Of a stretch of 64,000 nucleotides of DNA, positions 35,124 through 44,379 are shown piece after piece. A program made the translations under genes and the position numbers. The stretch's first letter is position 1. Every line of letters starts with the position of its first letter. Below the pieces are notes generated by a model that was given only the letters and a program-made list of their open reading frames with translations, was not told the origin of the DNA and did not search any database. The DNA is from a virus (taxonomy: Duplodnaviria > Caudoviricetes), in the IMG/VR virus record IMGVR_UViG_3300005713_000004, positions 12,734-76,733 of that record; one strand, given 5' to 3'.

Positions 35124-35479
35124 GCCGGAGGCGGGAAGTCGGAGCCGTGGACGAGGTCCACCCGGGACGGGTGCTCGGCGGCCGGGACGGGCGGGAGCGC
35201 GTCGGGGTTGAGCGCCCCGGGCGGCGGCGCCTTCGAGATCCCGGGGAGCCACACGATCTCCTCGATCGCGAGCCCGGGGATCTGCTCGTGGATGCGCCGG
35301 GCGACGGCGGCCGTGGTGGGCGCCCCGGCGAGCATCCGGCCGACGGTCGACTCGTGGACGCCGACGCGTCGCCCGAACTCTGCCTTCGACCAGCCGAGCA
35401 CGCGGCGGGCGAAGTTGAGGACGGGGCCGTTCACGAGGTACGACGCGCCGTCGGGGGCGGACTCGAATGCCGCCGTCAT
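35120..35479 (-). CDS. Cro/XRE-like HTH regulator
   Basis: LGWSKAEFGRRVGVHESTVGRML; first gene of leftward operon. Confidence 0.8.
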   Translation of the reverse strand: MTAAFESAPDGASYLVNGPVLNFARRVLGWSKAEFGRRVGVHESTVGRMLAGAPTTAAVARRIHEQIPGLAIEEIVWLPGISKAPPPGALNPDALPPVPAAEHPSRVDLVHGSDFPPPA

Positions 35480-35522
35480 GGGGCACCTCCGGGGGTCGGG
35501 GTAAGTCTCGATCACGGCACCG

Positions 35523-35586
35523 ACAATACCCGGCGCAAGCGGGTTGCGCAAGCCGCTTGCGCGACACCACGGCGGCCGGGTATCGT
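35523..35586. promoter_or_regulatory. Divergent switch promoters with operator inverted repeat
   Basis: Minus TTGCGC-17-TATTGT; plus TTGCGC-18-TATCGT; GCGCAAGCGG-N10-CCGCTTGCGC. Confidence 0.75.
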
Positions 35587-35593
35587 CTCCGCC

Positions 35594-36016
35594 ATGCCCC
35601 ACACCACGATGCGCCGGGACGCCGCGCGGACGCTGGTCGTCGCCGCGCTCGCGCTGCTCGTCCTCATCTCCGCGTGCTCCGGCGGCGAGCGCCCGCGCCT
35701 GTCCACCTGCGGATCCGCCGACACCCCGCCGATCGCCCTCGACCGCGCCGCCTGCGACGGCCACCCCGCCACCGGCCGGTGGTACAGCGGATGGGCCGAC
35801 GACCTCGACGAGCCGGACGAGCGACCCGTCACCGGCGAGCCGCTGGACGAGGACTGGTGGGACCCCATCGCGCAAGCGGACCTCGACGATCCCGGCCACC
35901 GCGTGTCCACGCCCCGCGCCACCGCGCCACCCCGGGTGACCACCGCCCCGAAGCCGACGCCCGCGCCGCGCGCCACCGCAACCCGGGCGCCCCGCACGAC
36001 GAGCAGCAGCCGATGA
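35594..36016 (+). CDS. Leaderless lipoprotein
   Basis: Signal peptide with lipobox ISAC; ATG 7 nt after -10. Confidence 0.75.
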   Translation: MPHTTMRRDAARTLVVAALALLVLISACSGGERPRLSTCGSADTPPIALDRAACDGHPATGRWYSGWADDLDEPDERPVTGEPLDEDWWDPIAQADLDDPGHRVSTPRATAPPRVTTAPKPTPAPRATATRAPRTTSSSR

Positions 36017-36198
36017 CCGGCCGCGAGGACGAGGACCGACCCCGCCGCGTCCGGCTGTCCCTGCGCGTCCGCGTCGGGATCACCATCGCCGCCCTGCTGC
36101 TCGGCGGCCTCGCCTTCGCCGCCGTCGTCCCCGACGACGATGACGACGACGACCGCGAGCAGCAGACGGAGCAGGTCGTCTACGAGGACGAGGACTAA
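36013..36198 (+). CDS. Small membrane protein with acidic tail
   Basis: TM then poly-Asp. Confidence 0.65.
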   Translation: MTGREDEDRPRRVRLSLRVRVGITIAALLLGGLAFAAVVPDDDDDDDREQQTEQVVYEDED

Positions 36199-36202
36199 CG
36201 CC

Positions 36203-36472
36203 GTGGCCGAGACCCTCACCGACATATACGACCGGCTGCGGAAGATCCGGCGCCCGAAGCGCCCGGTCCGCATCGCCGCCGTGGTCGCCCTCGTCGTCGC
36301 GCTCGCCGGATGCTCGACCGGGCAGGCGGAGTCCGTCGGCCGCGCGCCCGACGGGTGGCAGTGGACGAACGTCTCCTACCTCATGGAATCGTGCACATCC
36401 CACGGCGACCGTGTGTACGCCTACTACTCGACCGGCGCGCTCGCGGTCGTCGCCGGGGGGTGCAAGTCGTGA
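36203..36472 (+). CDS. Small lipoprotein
   Basis: Lipobox LAGC. Confidence 0.7.
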   Translation: MAETLTDIYDRLRKIRRPKRPVRIAAVVALVVALAGCSTGQAESVGRAPDGWQWTNVSYLMESCTSHGDRVYAYYSTGALAVVAGGCKS

Positions 36473-36921
36473 CCGTCGAGATCACCCCCGTCCTGCGCCA
36501 CGCGTGGCAGGGGCAGGCGCCCGGCATCACCGACGACGAGATCCGGCTACTCCTCCCGATCGTCCAGTCCGGCGGCTCGTGGGTCCTGCGGCTGCTCCGC
36601 GCCTACCGGGCCGGGGTCGCCGTCCACGACCCGGCGCAGCAGCCGGACACCGTGAGCGGCGACGGCTGCCCGGTGTGCGGCTCGACCTCCGCGCGGTCCC
36701 TGCTGTGGCAGGTCGTCCAGCGGGACGAGCGGGTGGCGCTGCTCGCCGGGGTCGCCCCGTACGCGGTGATGTGGACCCGCTGCGCCGCCTGTGACGCCGT
36801 GTACCGCGCCGCGACCGGCGAGGTCTGGCCCCGACCGGTGGACGGCCTGCTCGAAACGGAGCCGACCGCCCAGCCCACCACCGACGAGATCGTCCGACCC
36901 CTCCCGGAGGGCCCAGTATGA
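36469..36921 (+). CDS. Zn-ribbon hypothetical protein
   Basis: CPVCG...CAACD. Confidence 0.6.
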   Translation: MTVEITPVLRHAWQGQAPGITDDEIRLLLPIVQSGGSWVLRLLRAYRAGVAVHDPAQQPDTVSGDGCPVCGSTSARSLLWQVVQRDERVALLAGVAPYAVMWTRCAACDAVYRAATGEVWPRPVDGLLETEPTAQPTTDEIVRPLPEGPV

Positions 36922-37040
36922 GCGACACCACCACCGCCGCAGACGCGGCCCTTGACCGCCTCGACCAGATCGACCGGCCGTGGACCACCGAAGAGGCGGA
37001 GTTGGCAGCCGCCGCCCGCCGCGCCGGTGGGGGCCGGTGA
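36918..37040 (+). CDS. Hypothetical 40-aa protein
   Basis: GGAGG SD, coupled both ends. Confidence 0.5.
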   Translation: MSDTTTAADAALDRLDQIDRPWTTEEAELAAAARRAGGGR

Positions 37041-37438
37041 CCCTGCTCCGCCGACCCGTCGAAGGGCTGACCGTGTCCACGACCTGCGTCACCGACACCC
37101 GTACCCGGATCATCAGCAGCGACAGCCTCCCGTGGGCGGACATCCCCACCCCGGCCGCCGCGTTCGCGCCGGAGCGGGTCGCCGCCACCTACCACGGGGC
37201 CGTGGCCCCGGACGGCCGGATCGCGTGGATCGTCAACGCCCACGTCACCGGCCGCCGCCGGGGGAAGACGGGCCGCAAGGTGGGCGAGGTGCAGACCGTC
37301 TGGTACCTCGCCACCCCCGACAACCACGACGAGCGCGCGACGTGGCCCGTGTGGCTCGTCGCGTGGTTGGAGAAGTACCACCCCGACCGGCCCGGCGGAT
37401 GGCTCGCCGACGAGGACCCGCACGGGGGCTACCTGTGA
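37037..37438 (+). CDS. Hypothetical protein
   Basis: Coupled in operon. Confidence 0.6.
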   Translation: MTLLRRPVEGLTVSTTCVTDTRTRIISSDSLPWADIPTPAAAFAPERVAATYHGAVAPDGRIAWIVNAHVTGRRRGKTGRKVGEVQTVWYLATPDNHDERATWPVWLVAWLEKYHPDRPGGWLADEDPHGGYL

Positions 37439-37656
37439 TCGACCACCACGACGAGGACGAGGAACACACCGCCATGCGCAAGTTCGGACTGTCCCTGCCC
37501 ACCGACGACGAGCCGGACGCCCGGGGCACCGTGCACGGCTCCCGCTCCGACGCGCTCGCCGCCGCCCGCGCGCTGGACGAGCGGACCGGACGCCACCACC
37601 TCGTCCAGCCGGACGGCGCCGTCGTCGCGCCCGCCCCCGGCACCCACAGCCGATGA
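37435..37656 (+). CDS. Hypothetical protein
   Basis: Coupled in operon. Confidence 0.55.
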   Translation: MIDHHDEDEEHTAMRKFGLSLPTDDEPDARGTVHGSRSDALAAARALDERTGRHHLVQPDGAVVAPAPGTHSR

Positions 37657-37832
37657 CCCCGCAGGGCTACCCGCTCACCTGCCGCACAGCGGACGGGTGG
37701 TTCTTCGTCATCGGGTGGGAGGCGACCCCGAACGGGAAGTACACGCCCGTCGGGGTCCCGATGAACGGCGGCGGCGAGCCGGTCGCGCTGCCCCGGAGCG
37801 AGATCACCGAATGGGACGAGGTCATGCCGTGA
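37653..37832 (+). CDS. Hypothetical protein
   Basis: ATGA/GTGA coupling; absent from ORF track. Confidence 0.55.
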   Translation: MTPQGYPLTCRTADGWFFVIGWEATPNGKYTPVGVPMNGGGEPVALPRSEITEWDEVMP

Positions 37833-38341
37833 CCCCGGACGAAGCGCTCGCGGAGATCGTGCGGATCTTCGACCTCGAACCGATGGGGACCCAGCCGGAC
37901 GGGAAGGCGACGTGGGACGACGCGGTCGCCTACGTCGCGAAGCGGGCCGGGACCGCGCGGTCCGCGCTCGACACCATCGCCCGCCGGAACGAGTGGCTCG
38001 CCGAAGCGCTGGGCGTCCCCGCCGACACGCCGTACCGGACGATGGTCGAGCGGGTCCGGCTGTACCGGACGAACGTCACGCTCGGCGGTCCGCCCCCGGC
38101 GATCGACTCGACGTGGGGGAACCGGGCCGACCCCGGCCCGCCGCCCAGCGCCGGGGACGCGGCACCCGAAGCGCTCCGCCAGGTGATGCGCTGCCCGGCG
38201 CCGCCGCAGGGCTGCGGCCACATGTTCAACCGCCACGACCCGGACGGGCAGGGGTGTCACGTCCGGATCGAGGTCAACCACGTGGACGGGGTCGCGCAGG
38301 GCTTCGACCTGTGCGGCTGCACGGAGAGGCGGCCGAGATGA
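37829..38341 (+). CDS. Protein with C-terminal Cys/His cluster
   Basis: C..CGH...H...C...CGC. Confidence 0.6.
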   Translation: MTPDEALAEIVRIFDLEPMGTQPDGKATWDDAVAYVAKRAGTARSALDTIARRNEWLAEALGVPADTPYRTMVERVRLYRTNVTLGGPPPAIDSTWGNRADPGPPPSAGDAAPEALRQVMRCPAPPQGCGHMFNRHDPDGQGCHVRIEVNHVDGVAQGFDLCGCTERRPR

Positions 38342-39213
38342 TGTGGGACGAGCCCCCGGACTACCACACGGTTCCCGGGTTCCGGACGACGACGTTCCAC
38401 GCGGAGATCATGGCGGGCCGGATGCCGATCTCCCGTGACCTGCTGGACGATCCCCGGACGTCGCGGTTCCGCCACGAGATCATGGCTCGCGGCCGGGAAC
38501 AGGCCATGATGGTCGTCGAGCGGGAGGTGTGGAAAGCGCGCCTCCCCACCGGGACGCAGACGATCCCCGTCGAGGTCGAGGTCCCGTACTCCGTGGCCGT
38601 GCCGATGACGTGGCCCCGGACATGGTGGCAGCGGATGCTCGGACGCCCCCGCCGCGTCGAGGTCGTCGAGGTGGGCGGGACGGTGACCGCGCGAGCCACG
38701 GTCCGCGTGGATCTCGAGGCGGAGTTCCGGTACCCGGACGCGAACGAGCGTCTCGGACCCGCGATCCCCACGGGGCAGGCGAGCGCCCGGCCGGGACGGG
38801 CGCTCGTCGAGGTGGTGTCCACCTATCCCGGGTTCGGCCCGCACGCGGCCGTGTCCACGGCCCGGCTCCGCTGCCCGGACGACGGGACCGGCTGCGGTCA
38901 TCACGTCCTGTCTCACATCCGGCCCGACGTGTTCGAGCACGGCGGGTGCACCATCGACGGCTGCGACTGCCGCCGCTACTTCGAGGACCACGGCGCCCCG
39001 GTCGTCCGCGCGTCGTGGGCGGCCGACCCGGAGCCTGTCCCCGGACACTGCACGGCCCGGCTCGACCACAACCACGGGGTCACCCGCTGCGGCGAGGTGG
39101 GCCCCCACGACGAGCATCGCGGGCTCTGCGCCGCGTGCCTCGAAGACGACCCCGCCGACGCGTGGCTTACCTGGCGCGGCGCCGGACTCACCAGGATGGA
39201 CGAGGTGGACTGA
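38338..39213 (+). CDS. Protein with multiple Cys/His clusters
   Basis: CGHHVLSH...CDC; HC...CGEVGPHDEH. Confidence 0.6.
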   Translation: MMWDEPPDYHTVPGFRTTTFHAEIMAGRMPISRDLLDDPRTSRFRHEIMARGREQAMMVVEREVWKARLPTGTQTIPVEVEVPYSVAVPMTWPRTWWQRMLGRPRRVEVVEVGGTVTARATVRVDLEAEFRYPDANERLGPAIPTGQASARPGRALVEVVSTYPGFGPHAAVSTARLRCPDDGTGCGHHVLSHIRPDVFEHGGCTIDGCDCRRYFEDHGAPVVRASWAADPEPVPGHCTARLDHNHGVTRCGEVGPHDEHRGLCAACLEDDPADAWLTWRGAGLTRMDEVD

Positions 39214-39215
39214 TC

Positions 39216-39902
39216 ATGCCGACCATGCACCCGCACACGAAGTGGCGCGCCATCGCGCGGGACGCCGGGATCCCTCGCCACCTGTCCGACCCGCCGTCCG
39301 ACTCCCCGATCGGCCAGTGGCTCGCCGCCCTGTCCCTCTTCATCGGGGCCCCGGACTCGACCCTCGACGTCCTCGCCGGGTACATCATCGAGCGCTTCGA
39401 GCAGGACCGGCAGGGTCCCCACCCGAAGGGCGTCGGGCAGCGCGAGGACCCCTGCGTCCTGTGCCCGCATGTGCGGTGGGACCACGGCTCGCACACCGGC
39501 TGCTCCCGCTGCGACTGCCGGGGCGGGACCCGGGACCAGCCGTTCGGGCAGATGCAGATCCGGCGGCCGGAGGCGGCCGACAACCCGGGCGACGCGCTCG
39601 TGATGATGCAGCAGATGTACGACCGGCTCGCGCCGCTGCTCGACTTCGTCGGCGGGTCGGTCGATCGGGACGACCTGCTCGCCGCGCTGGGCGTCGTCGC
39701 GCACGGCGGGAGCATGGTGTACCTCGCGAGCGCGCAGGACCGGGAGTCCGGGGATCGCGTGATCCTGGGCGTGTCCACGACCGGCGAGGGCGCGACCGCG
39801 TACATCGGGGCTGCGTGGCTCCGCGACCGGGGAGAGCTGATCAACCCGGAGGTTCTCGCCCTCGAACTCGACGACCCCACGGGGAAGGTGGTCAAGCAGT
39901 GA
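39216..39902 (+). CDS. Hypothetical protein with Cys/His cluster
   Basis: CVLCPH...H..CSRCDC. Confidence 0.6.
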   Translation: MPTMHPHTKWRAIARDAGIPRHLSDPPSDSPIGQWLAALSLFIGAPDSTLDVLAGYIIERFEQDRQGPHPKGVGQREDPCVLCPHVRWDHGSHTGCSRCDCRGGTRDQPFGQMQIRRPEAADNPGDALVMMQQMYDRLAPLLDFVGGSVDRDDLLAALGVVAHGGSMVYLASAQDRESGDRVILGVSTTGEGATAYIGAAWLRDRGELINPEVLALELDDPTGKVVKQ

Positions 39903-40267
39903 GGTACGACCAGACGAGCGAGGCTCTCGACGACCTCGACGAGCCGCCGCCGATCGAGCGCCGGGACTGGCGCGAGCCGGACCCGGACCGGCTGCGGGAG
40001 CTACAGGACAAGCAGCGCCGCACGGTCCGGATGGCCTCGATCGAGGCGGGCGAACTCGCGGACCTGCTCGCCGGGGCGACCGTCCGCCGGGACCTGCTCG
40101 CGCTCCGCCGCCGCGTCGAGGGGTGGGCGATCGACTGGATCGCGAACCACGGCGAGGACCCGGGCCGGGGCGAGGACGGGGACGCGATCATCATCATGCG
40201 CGACATCGTGACCGCGCTGGACGAGCGGCTCTCCGACCGGGGCGCGATCGAGCGGGGGACCCGATGA
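39899..40267 (+). CDS. Hypothetical protein
   Basis: GTGA coupling. Confidence 0.55.
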   Translation: MRYDQTSEALDDLDEPPPIERRDWREPDPDRLRELQDKQRRTVRMASIEAGELADLLAGATVRRDLLALRRRVEGWAIDWIANHGEDPGRGEDGDAIIIMRDIVTALDERLSDRGAIERGTR

Positions 40268-40650
40268 GCGCCGGGCGCTCGTTCGACGAGCAGGTCCGCC
40301 AGCAGCGCGACGACCTCCGGGATCGGCTCGCCGCGCTCGACTACGTCGCGGAGCAGAACGCGCAGGCGGAGAAGGATCCGGGGAACGCGAAGGCCCGCGA
40401 GCGCGGCGGGATGGTCCTCGACCCGGTGGACCCGACCCGCGCGATCGTGCCGCTCGTGTGGCTGCGGACGCTGCTCGTGTCCGCGCGGATGGGCGGGTAC
40501 GGGGCGCTCGCGAACGACGCGACCACGGTCGCGCTGGTCGCCGAGTGGAACGCGAACTACGGCGGCAAGACGGGCGACGAGTTCGAGCCGCTCCACCGGG
40601 AACACCCCGAACTCGCCGACGCCCTCCGCGCGTTCATGGGGATTCTGTGA
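40264..40650 (+). CDS. Hypothetical protein
   Basis: ATGA coupling. Confidence 0.6.
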   Translation: MSAGRSFDEQVRQQRDDLRDRLAALDYVAEQNAQAEKDPGNAKARERGGMVLDPVDPTRAIVPLVWLRTLLVSARMGGYGALANDATTVALVAEWNANYGGKTGDEFEPLHREHPELADALRAFMGIL

Positions 40651-40859
40651 CCGGCGGCGAGGTGGACGAGGTCACGGCGGGGGAACTCGCGACGCTCACG
40701 TTCTGGCCTGCCGCGATGATGTTCTACCTCCTGCCTCCGTCGGCGGGGATGGTTCCGACGATGCTGACCGGGGTGGTCATGATGGGCTGCGCGTCGCGGC
40801 TCGCTCCGGCTGTGCTCGATCGGATCTTCCGGAAGGCGCCGAGTCTGCCGCCCCGGTGA
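40647..40859 (+). CDS. Small membrane protein
   Basis: Hydrophobic; GTGA coupling. Confidence 0.5.
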   Translation: MTGGEVDEVTAGELATLTFWPAAMMFYLLPPSAGMVPTMLTGVVMMGCASRLAPAVLDRIFRKAPSLPPR

Positions 40860-40863
40860 ACGA

Positions 40864-40901
40864 CGAAGCGGCCCCCACCTCGTGAGGTGGGGGCCGCTTC
40901 A
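40864..40901. terminator. Bidirectional terminator between convergent operons
   Basis: GAAGCGGCCCCCACCTC...GAGGTGGGGGCCGCTTC. Confidence 0.85.
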
Positions 40902-40967
40902 CGCGTCGACCGGCTATGCCGCTCAGCGGGTGCCGGGTGGTCGCCCGGCAGACGATCATCCGCTCAG

Positions 40968-41795
40968 CTATGCTACCACACGGTATCCGTGGGTCTCCAA
41001 CTTCGCCCACGTCGCCGGGCCCACCACGGCGTCCGCGTCCAGCCCGGTCCGCCGCTGGAACTCGCGGACCGCCGCAGCGGTCGCCGGACCGAAGTCGCCA
41101 TCGACGACCAGCCCGCCCGCGTACGACGGGAACACCCGGCGCATGAACGACTGGAGAGCCGACACCGCCGCGCCGGTCGAGCCCTCCCGCAGCAGCGGGC
41201 GCCCGCCCGTCGAGGTCCCCGGCGTGGACACGCCCAGCGCTGCGACCCGGGCCCGGCGCCACCCCATGTCGTACCGGGGATCCGACTTCCGACCGGGCGC
41301 CCACTCCCGATGCCCGACCACGTTCGCCGACCCCACCCGACACACGTCCAGCACGGCCCGGAACAGCACATCGTGCGCCCGGTGAGCCGCGTCCGTGTAG
41401 GGCTCCGACACGCCGTCGTTCGCGGCCTCCGCCCCGTAGAGCCACGAGTTCCCGGAGTCCTTCGGGGCGCCCAGCAGCGGCCCGCCCTTCCCGGCGTGGT
41501 TCGCCCGCCCGGCCGCGACGACCGCGACCCGTGGGCGGCCGTCGAGGCAGCGGCCGATCTGGAACTGCGCGAGCGGTCCCGACACGTCCGGGCGCCCGTC
41601 GCGGATGATGCCCAGCGCGCCCCACTCCCCCGACTTCCGGGTGGACGCGTCGTGGTGGTCGACGATCCCCCGGGGGACCCTCGTCCAGTCCGCGCCGCGC
41701 GTCGCCCAGCCGGGGACTTCGAGCACCTCGACCCCACCCGCGCGCAGGCGGGCGATGATGTCGCGCATCCGCGCGACGTCCGCGCTACTCGCCAT
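40968..41795 (-). CDS. Endolysin: N-acetylmuramoyl-L-alanine amidase + peptidoglycan-binding domain
   Basis: IVDHHDAS, GAEAAN, VVGHREWAPGRKSDP; LREGSTG...LQ...DGDFGP...FQ. Confidence 0.92.
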   Translation of the reverse strand: MASSADVARMRDIIARLRAGGVEVLEVPGWATRGADWTRVPRGIVDHHDASTRKSGEWGALGIIRDGRPDVSGPLAQFQIGRCLDGRPRVAVVAAGRANHAGKGGPLLGAPKDSGNSWLYGAEAANDGVSEPYTDAAHRAHDVLFRAVLDVCRVGSANVVGHREWAPGRKSDPRYDMGWRRARVAALGVSTPGTSTGGRPLLREGSTGAAVSALQSFMRRVFPSYAGGLVVDGDFGPATAAAVREFQRRTGLDADAVVGPATWAKLETHGYRVVA

Positions 41796-42042
41796 CGGGG
41801 AGGGTCCCGTCCCACTGCCCGGCGAGCGGCGCCACGTCGTGGGCGTCGCCGCCCGTGCGGGCCGGAGCGCCCGGCGACCAGACGTAGGTCATCTGCCGGG
41901 CGATCTCGTCCACCTGCTCCGGGTCGCCGCAGTCCCCGACGAGGTCGAGCGTGAGCCGCTCGTGGGCGTCGCGCCATTCCTCGTCGGTCACGGTCGCGAG
42001 GTCACCCGCGAGGTAGTCGGCTCCGATGGGGGTCGCCATCAC
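41785..42042 (-). CDS. Hypothetical protein
   Basis: Coupled in lysis region. Confidence 0.55.
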   Translation of the reverse strand: MMATPIGADYLAGDLATVTDEEWRDAHERLTLDLVGDCGDPEQVDEIARQMTYVWSPGAPARTGGDAHDVAPLAGQWDGTLPDGE

Positions 42043-42455
42043 GTCTCCTGTTCAAGTCCGGGCGGGGGCGGCGGGTACGGGATCTCGTGGTCGGCGAGGA
42101 TCCGCAGCAACTGCCGCGCGTACGACGTGAGTTCCCGGATCCGGGCCCGGTCGCGCTCCCGGCCGTCTTCGAGTTCGTCCACGCGAGCCCTCAACTCCTG
42201 CGCTGTCCGCCGCTGCCTCTCAGCGTCCTCACGCAGGTCTGCCAACTGCTCGCGCAGCGAATCGACGTGCTCGTCCCACGTCTGCCGCGCGCTCTCGTAC
42301 GCCTGCGCGTCCACCTTCGTGCGTTCGAGCGCGGCCGTCCGCTCCGCTGCGGCGCGGGTCGCGCGCTGCGTGAACCGTACCCCCATGAGGGTAAACAGCG
42401 CGGCGAGGACAACCCCGCCCGCCGTGATCAGTGCCGTGATGATCGTCGGATCCAC
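42039..42455 (-). CDS. Membrane-anchored coiled-coil protein (lysis accessory)
   Basis: N-terminal TM then coiled coil. Confidence 0.7.
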   Translation of the reverse strand: MDPTIITALITAGGVVLAALFTLMGVRFTQRATRAAAERTAALERTKVDAQAYESARQTWDEHVDSLREQLADLREDAERQRRTAQELRARVDELEDGRERDRARIRELTSYARQLLRILADHEIPYPPPPPGLEQET

Positions 42456-42461
42456 GGGGCC

Positions 42462-42914
42462 TCACTTCCTCGTGGCGACGTCCGGGTCTGCGTCCGGCCA
42501 TCCACTGATCAGGGTGACGACGAGCCACACGAGCGCCCACACGGCCGCGCCGGAGATCGAGTTGATCCGGCCCGTGTCCCCGGCCGTCGCGACGTAGGAC
42601 ACCACGGACGTAGCGTAGAAGATCGACCACACCCCGGGGGGGATGAGCAGGGCCACGAACCCCGGTGCATCGGCACGGGACCGGATCCGAAGCGCGCCGT
42701 TCACCGTGGCGACCAGCCCACCCACGATCCACATCAGCCCCCACGCCGGATCGTCGAGGATCGGGCCGATGACCGGGATCGCCGTGAACCGCTGCGAGCG
42801 CAGCGACAGGTACGAGACCCCGATGGCCACGTACACCAGCCCGAACATCATCAGGAACACGCCCCGGCGCCCGAACATCCGGATAAGCGGGCCCGGTGTC
42901 CCGTCGAGGCGCAT
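42462..42914 (-). CDS. 4-TM membrane protein (holin-like candidate)
   Basis: Four hydrophobic helices upstream of lysin. Confidence 0.65.
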   Translation of the reverse strand: MRLDGTPGPLIRMFGRRGVFLMMFGLVYVAIGVSYLSLRSQRFTAIPVIGPILDDPAWGLMWIVGGLVATVNGALRIRSRADAPGFVALLIPPGVWSIFYATSVVSYVATAGDTGRINSISGAAVWALVWLVVTLISGWPDADPDVATRK

Positions 42915-43084
42915 CACGCCACCGGCGGCGGAGCGAAGCGGACGCCCAGCGTCTCCAGTTCCGCGTCTACCTCCGCGAGCCGCTCGACCTCGTCGGGCAT
43001 GACCCCGCCGTCGCTGTCGATGATCCGGGTCCGCTCGTGGGTGAGCGCGCGGATCCGTGCTCGGACCTCGCCCTCGTCGTCCAT
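42914..43084 (-). CDS. Hypothetical protein
   Basis: AAGGGCAGG SD-like; coupled. Confidence 0.55.
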   Translation of the reverse strand: MDDEGEVRARIRALTHERTRIIDSDGGVMPDEVERLAEVDAELETLGVRFAPPPVA

Positions 43085-43141
43085 GCGCCCTGCCCTTCGT
43101 AGTGGTCCGCCGTGGACACGATGTCACCTCCGGCGGAGGTT

Positions 43142-44323
43142 TCAGGCGGGTACGCCTGCGCGCCACCCCGGAGACGTGGACACGTCCCCGGCGGACCAGC
43201 CTGCCGACACGACCGGGGTACCCGCCCGCAGCGGGCGCACGAACTCCGGCGGCGGCGGCTCCGACTGCGTCGCCACGAGCGTGCCCACTGCGGACGGCGC
43301 TGTCCCGGACAGCGCGCCGGGGAACCCCGCCGTTGCGACGAGCGTCCCGACCGCCCGGGGCGCGGACCCGGCGAACTCCGCGAGGTTGTCGTCCGTCTCC
43401 TCGACGTCGCCCGTGAGCGCGCCGACCGCGCGGGGCGCCGACCCGGCGAGAGCGGCCGGGGTCGTCTGCGTCGCGGCGAGCGAGCCGGTCGCGCGAGGGC
43501 TCGAACCGGCGAGCGCGCCCGGGTCGGTCTGCGTCGCCGCGAGCGAGCCGGTCGCGCGGGGCGCCGCTCCGGCGACCGCGCCGGTCGTGGTCTGCGTGGC
43601 CGCGAGCGCGCCCGTCGCCCGGGGCGCCTGCCCAGCCACGACCCCATCGTTCGACGGGATCGTCCGCGCGAACACCGTCATGACGCCGGTGTGCTGGTCC
43701 GCCGTGCCGCCCGCCCGGTCGAACGTCACGGACACCGTGTCGCCCTTCGTGACCGGCGCCGTCGCGATCCACAGACCCGCCTGTCCACCGCCGGATGCGG
43801 TGGCCCGGCGGGCGGTGAACGTGTGCCCGGTCGACGAGGTCCACGACACGGTTCCCTGCGTGTTCACGGAGTCCGCCGCGACGGCCGCGATCGCGAGCCC
43901 GGTCTCCGTGGCGACCAGCCCGGTGAGCGCCACGGAGGTCACGTCGGAGCCGGTGGTCTCGTTCGTGACGGAGCCCCACCGGGCCCACGCCCCGGTCCCG
44001 ACGTCGTCGGTGAGTTCGGCGACCCAGACCTGACACCCGGCGGTGTTCGAGGTGATCGACCCGGAGATCACGGTCTCCCCGCCGTCCGCTGTCCCGTAGG
44101 CGAGCGCGAACGTGACTTGATCGGCGGGGGAGCCGGTGCCCTTGAGCAGGTAGGGGAGGTTCGGGGTGTCGGTGGGCTGCGTGACCGTCCCGGAGTTCTT
44201 GTCGCCGCCCAGGATCCACAGCAGCGCGTTCGGGGACGTCGCCCCGGCCGACAGCGTCGCGGCCATGGTGAGGTTCGCCGCCCCCGGCGAAGCGGTCGCC
44301 GTCTGGACGATCGACACGGTCAC
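43142..44323 (-). CDS. Minor tail/virion protein with tandem repeats
   Basis: Beta-rich N-domain; repeats GxAPRA(T/V)GxLxATQT. Confidence 0.75.
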   Translation of the reverse strand: MTVSIVQTATASPGAANLTMAATLSAGATSPNALLWILGGDKNSGTVTQPTDTPNLPYLLKGTGSPADQVTFALAYGTADGGETVISGSITSNTAGCQVWVAELTDDVGTGAWARWGSVTNETTGSDVTSVALTGLVATETGLAIAAVAADSVNTQGTVSWTSSTGHTFTARRATASGGGQAGLWIATAPVTKGDTVSVTFDRAGGTADQHTGVMTVFARTIPSNDGVVAGQAPRATGALAATQTTTGAVAGAAPRATGSLAATQTDPGALAGSSPRATGSLAATQTTPAALAGSAPRAVGALTGDVEETDDNLAEFAGSAPRAVGTLVATAGFPGALSGTAPSAVGTLVATQSEPPPPEFVRPLRAGTPVVSAGWSAGDVSTSPGWRAGVPA

Positions 44324-44379
44324 GTTAAATCACCTCCCCCGATGTAAAGCCCTGCCCGGTCAGACGTTAAAAGCCCAGG

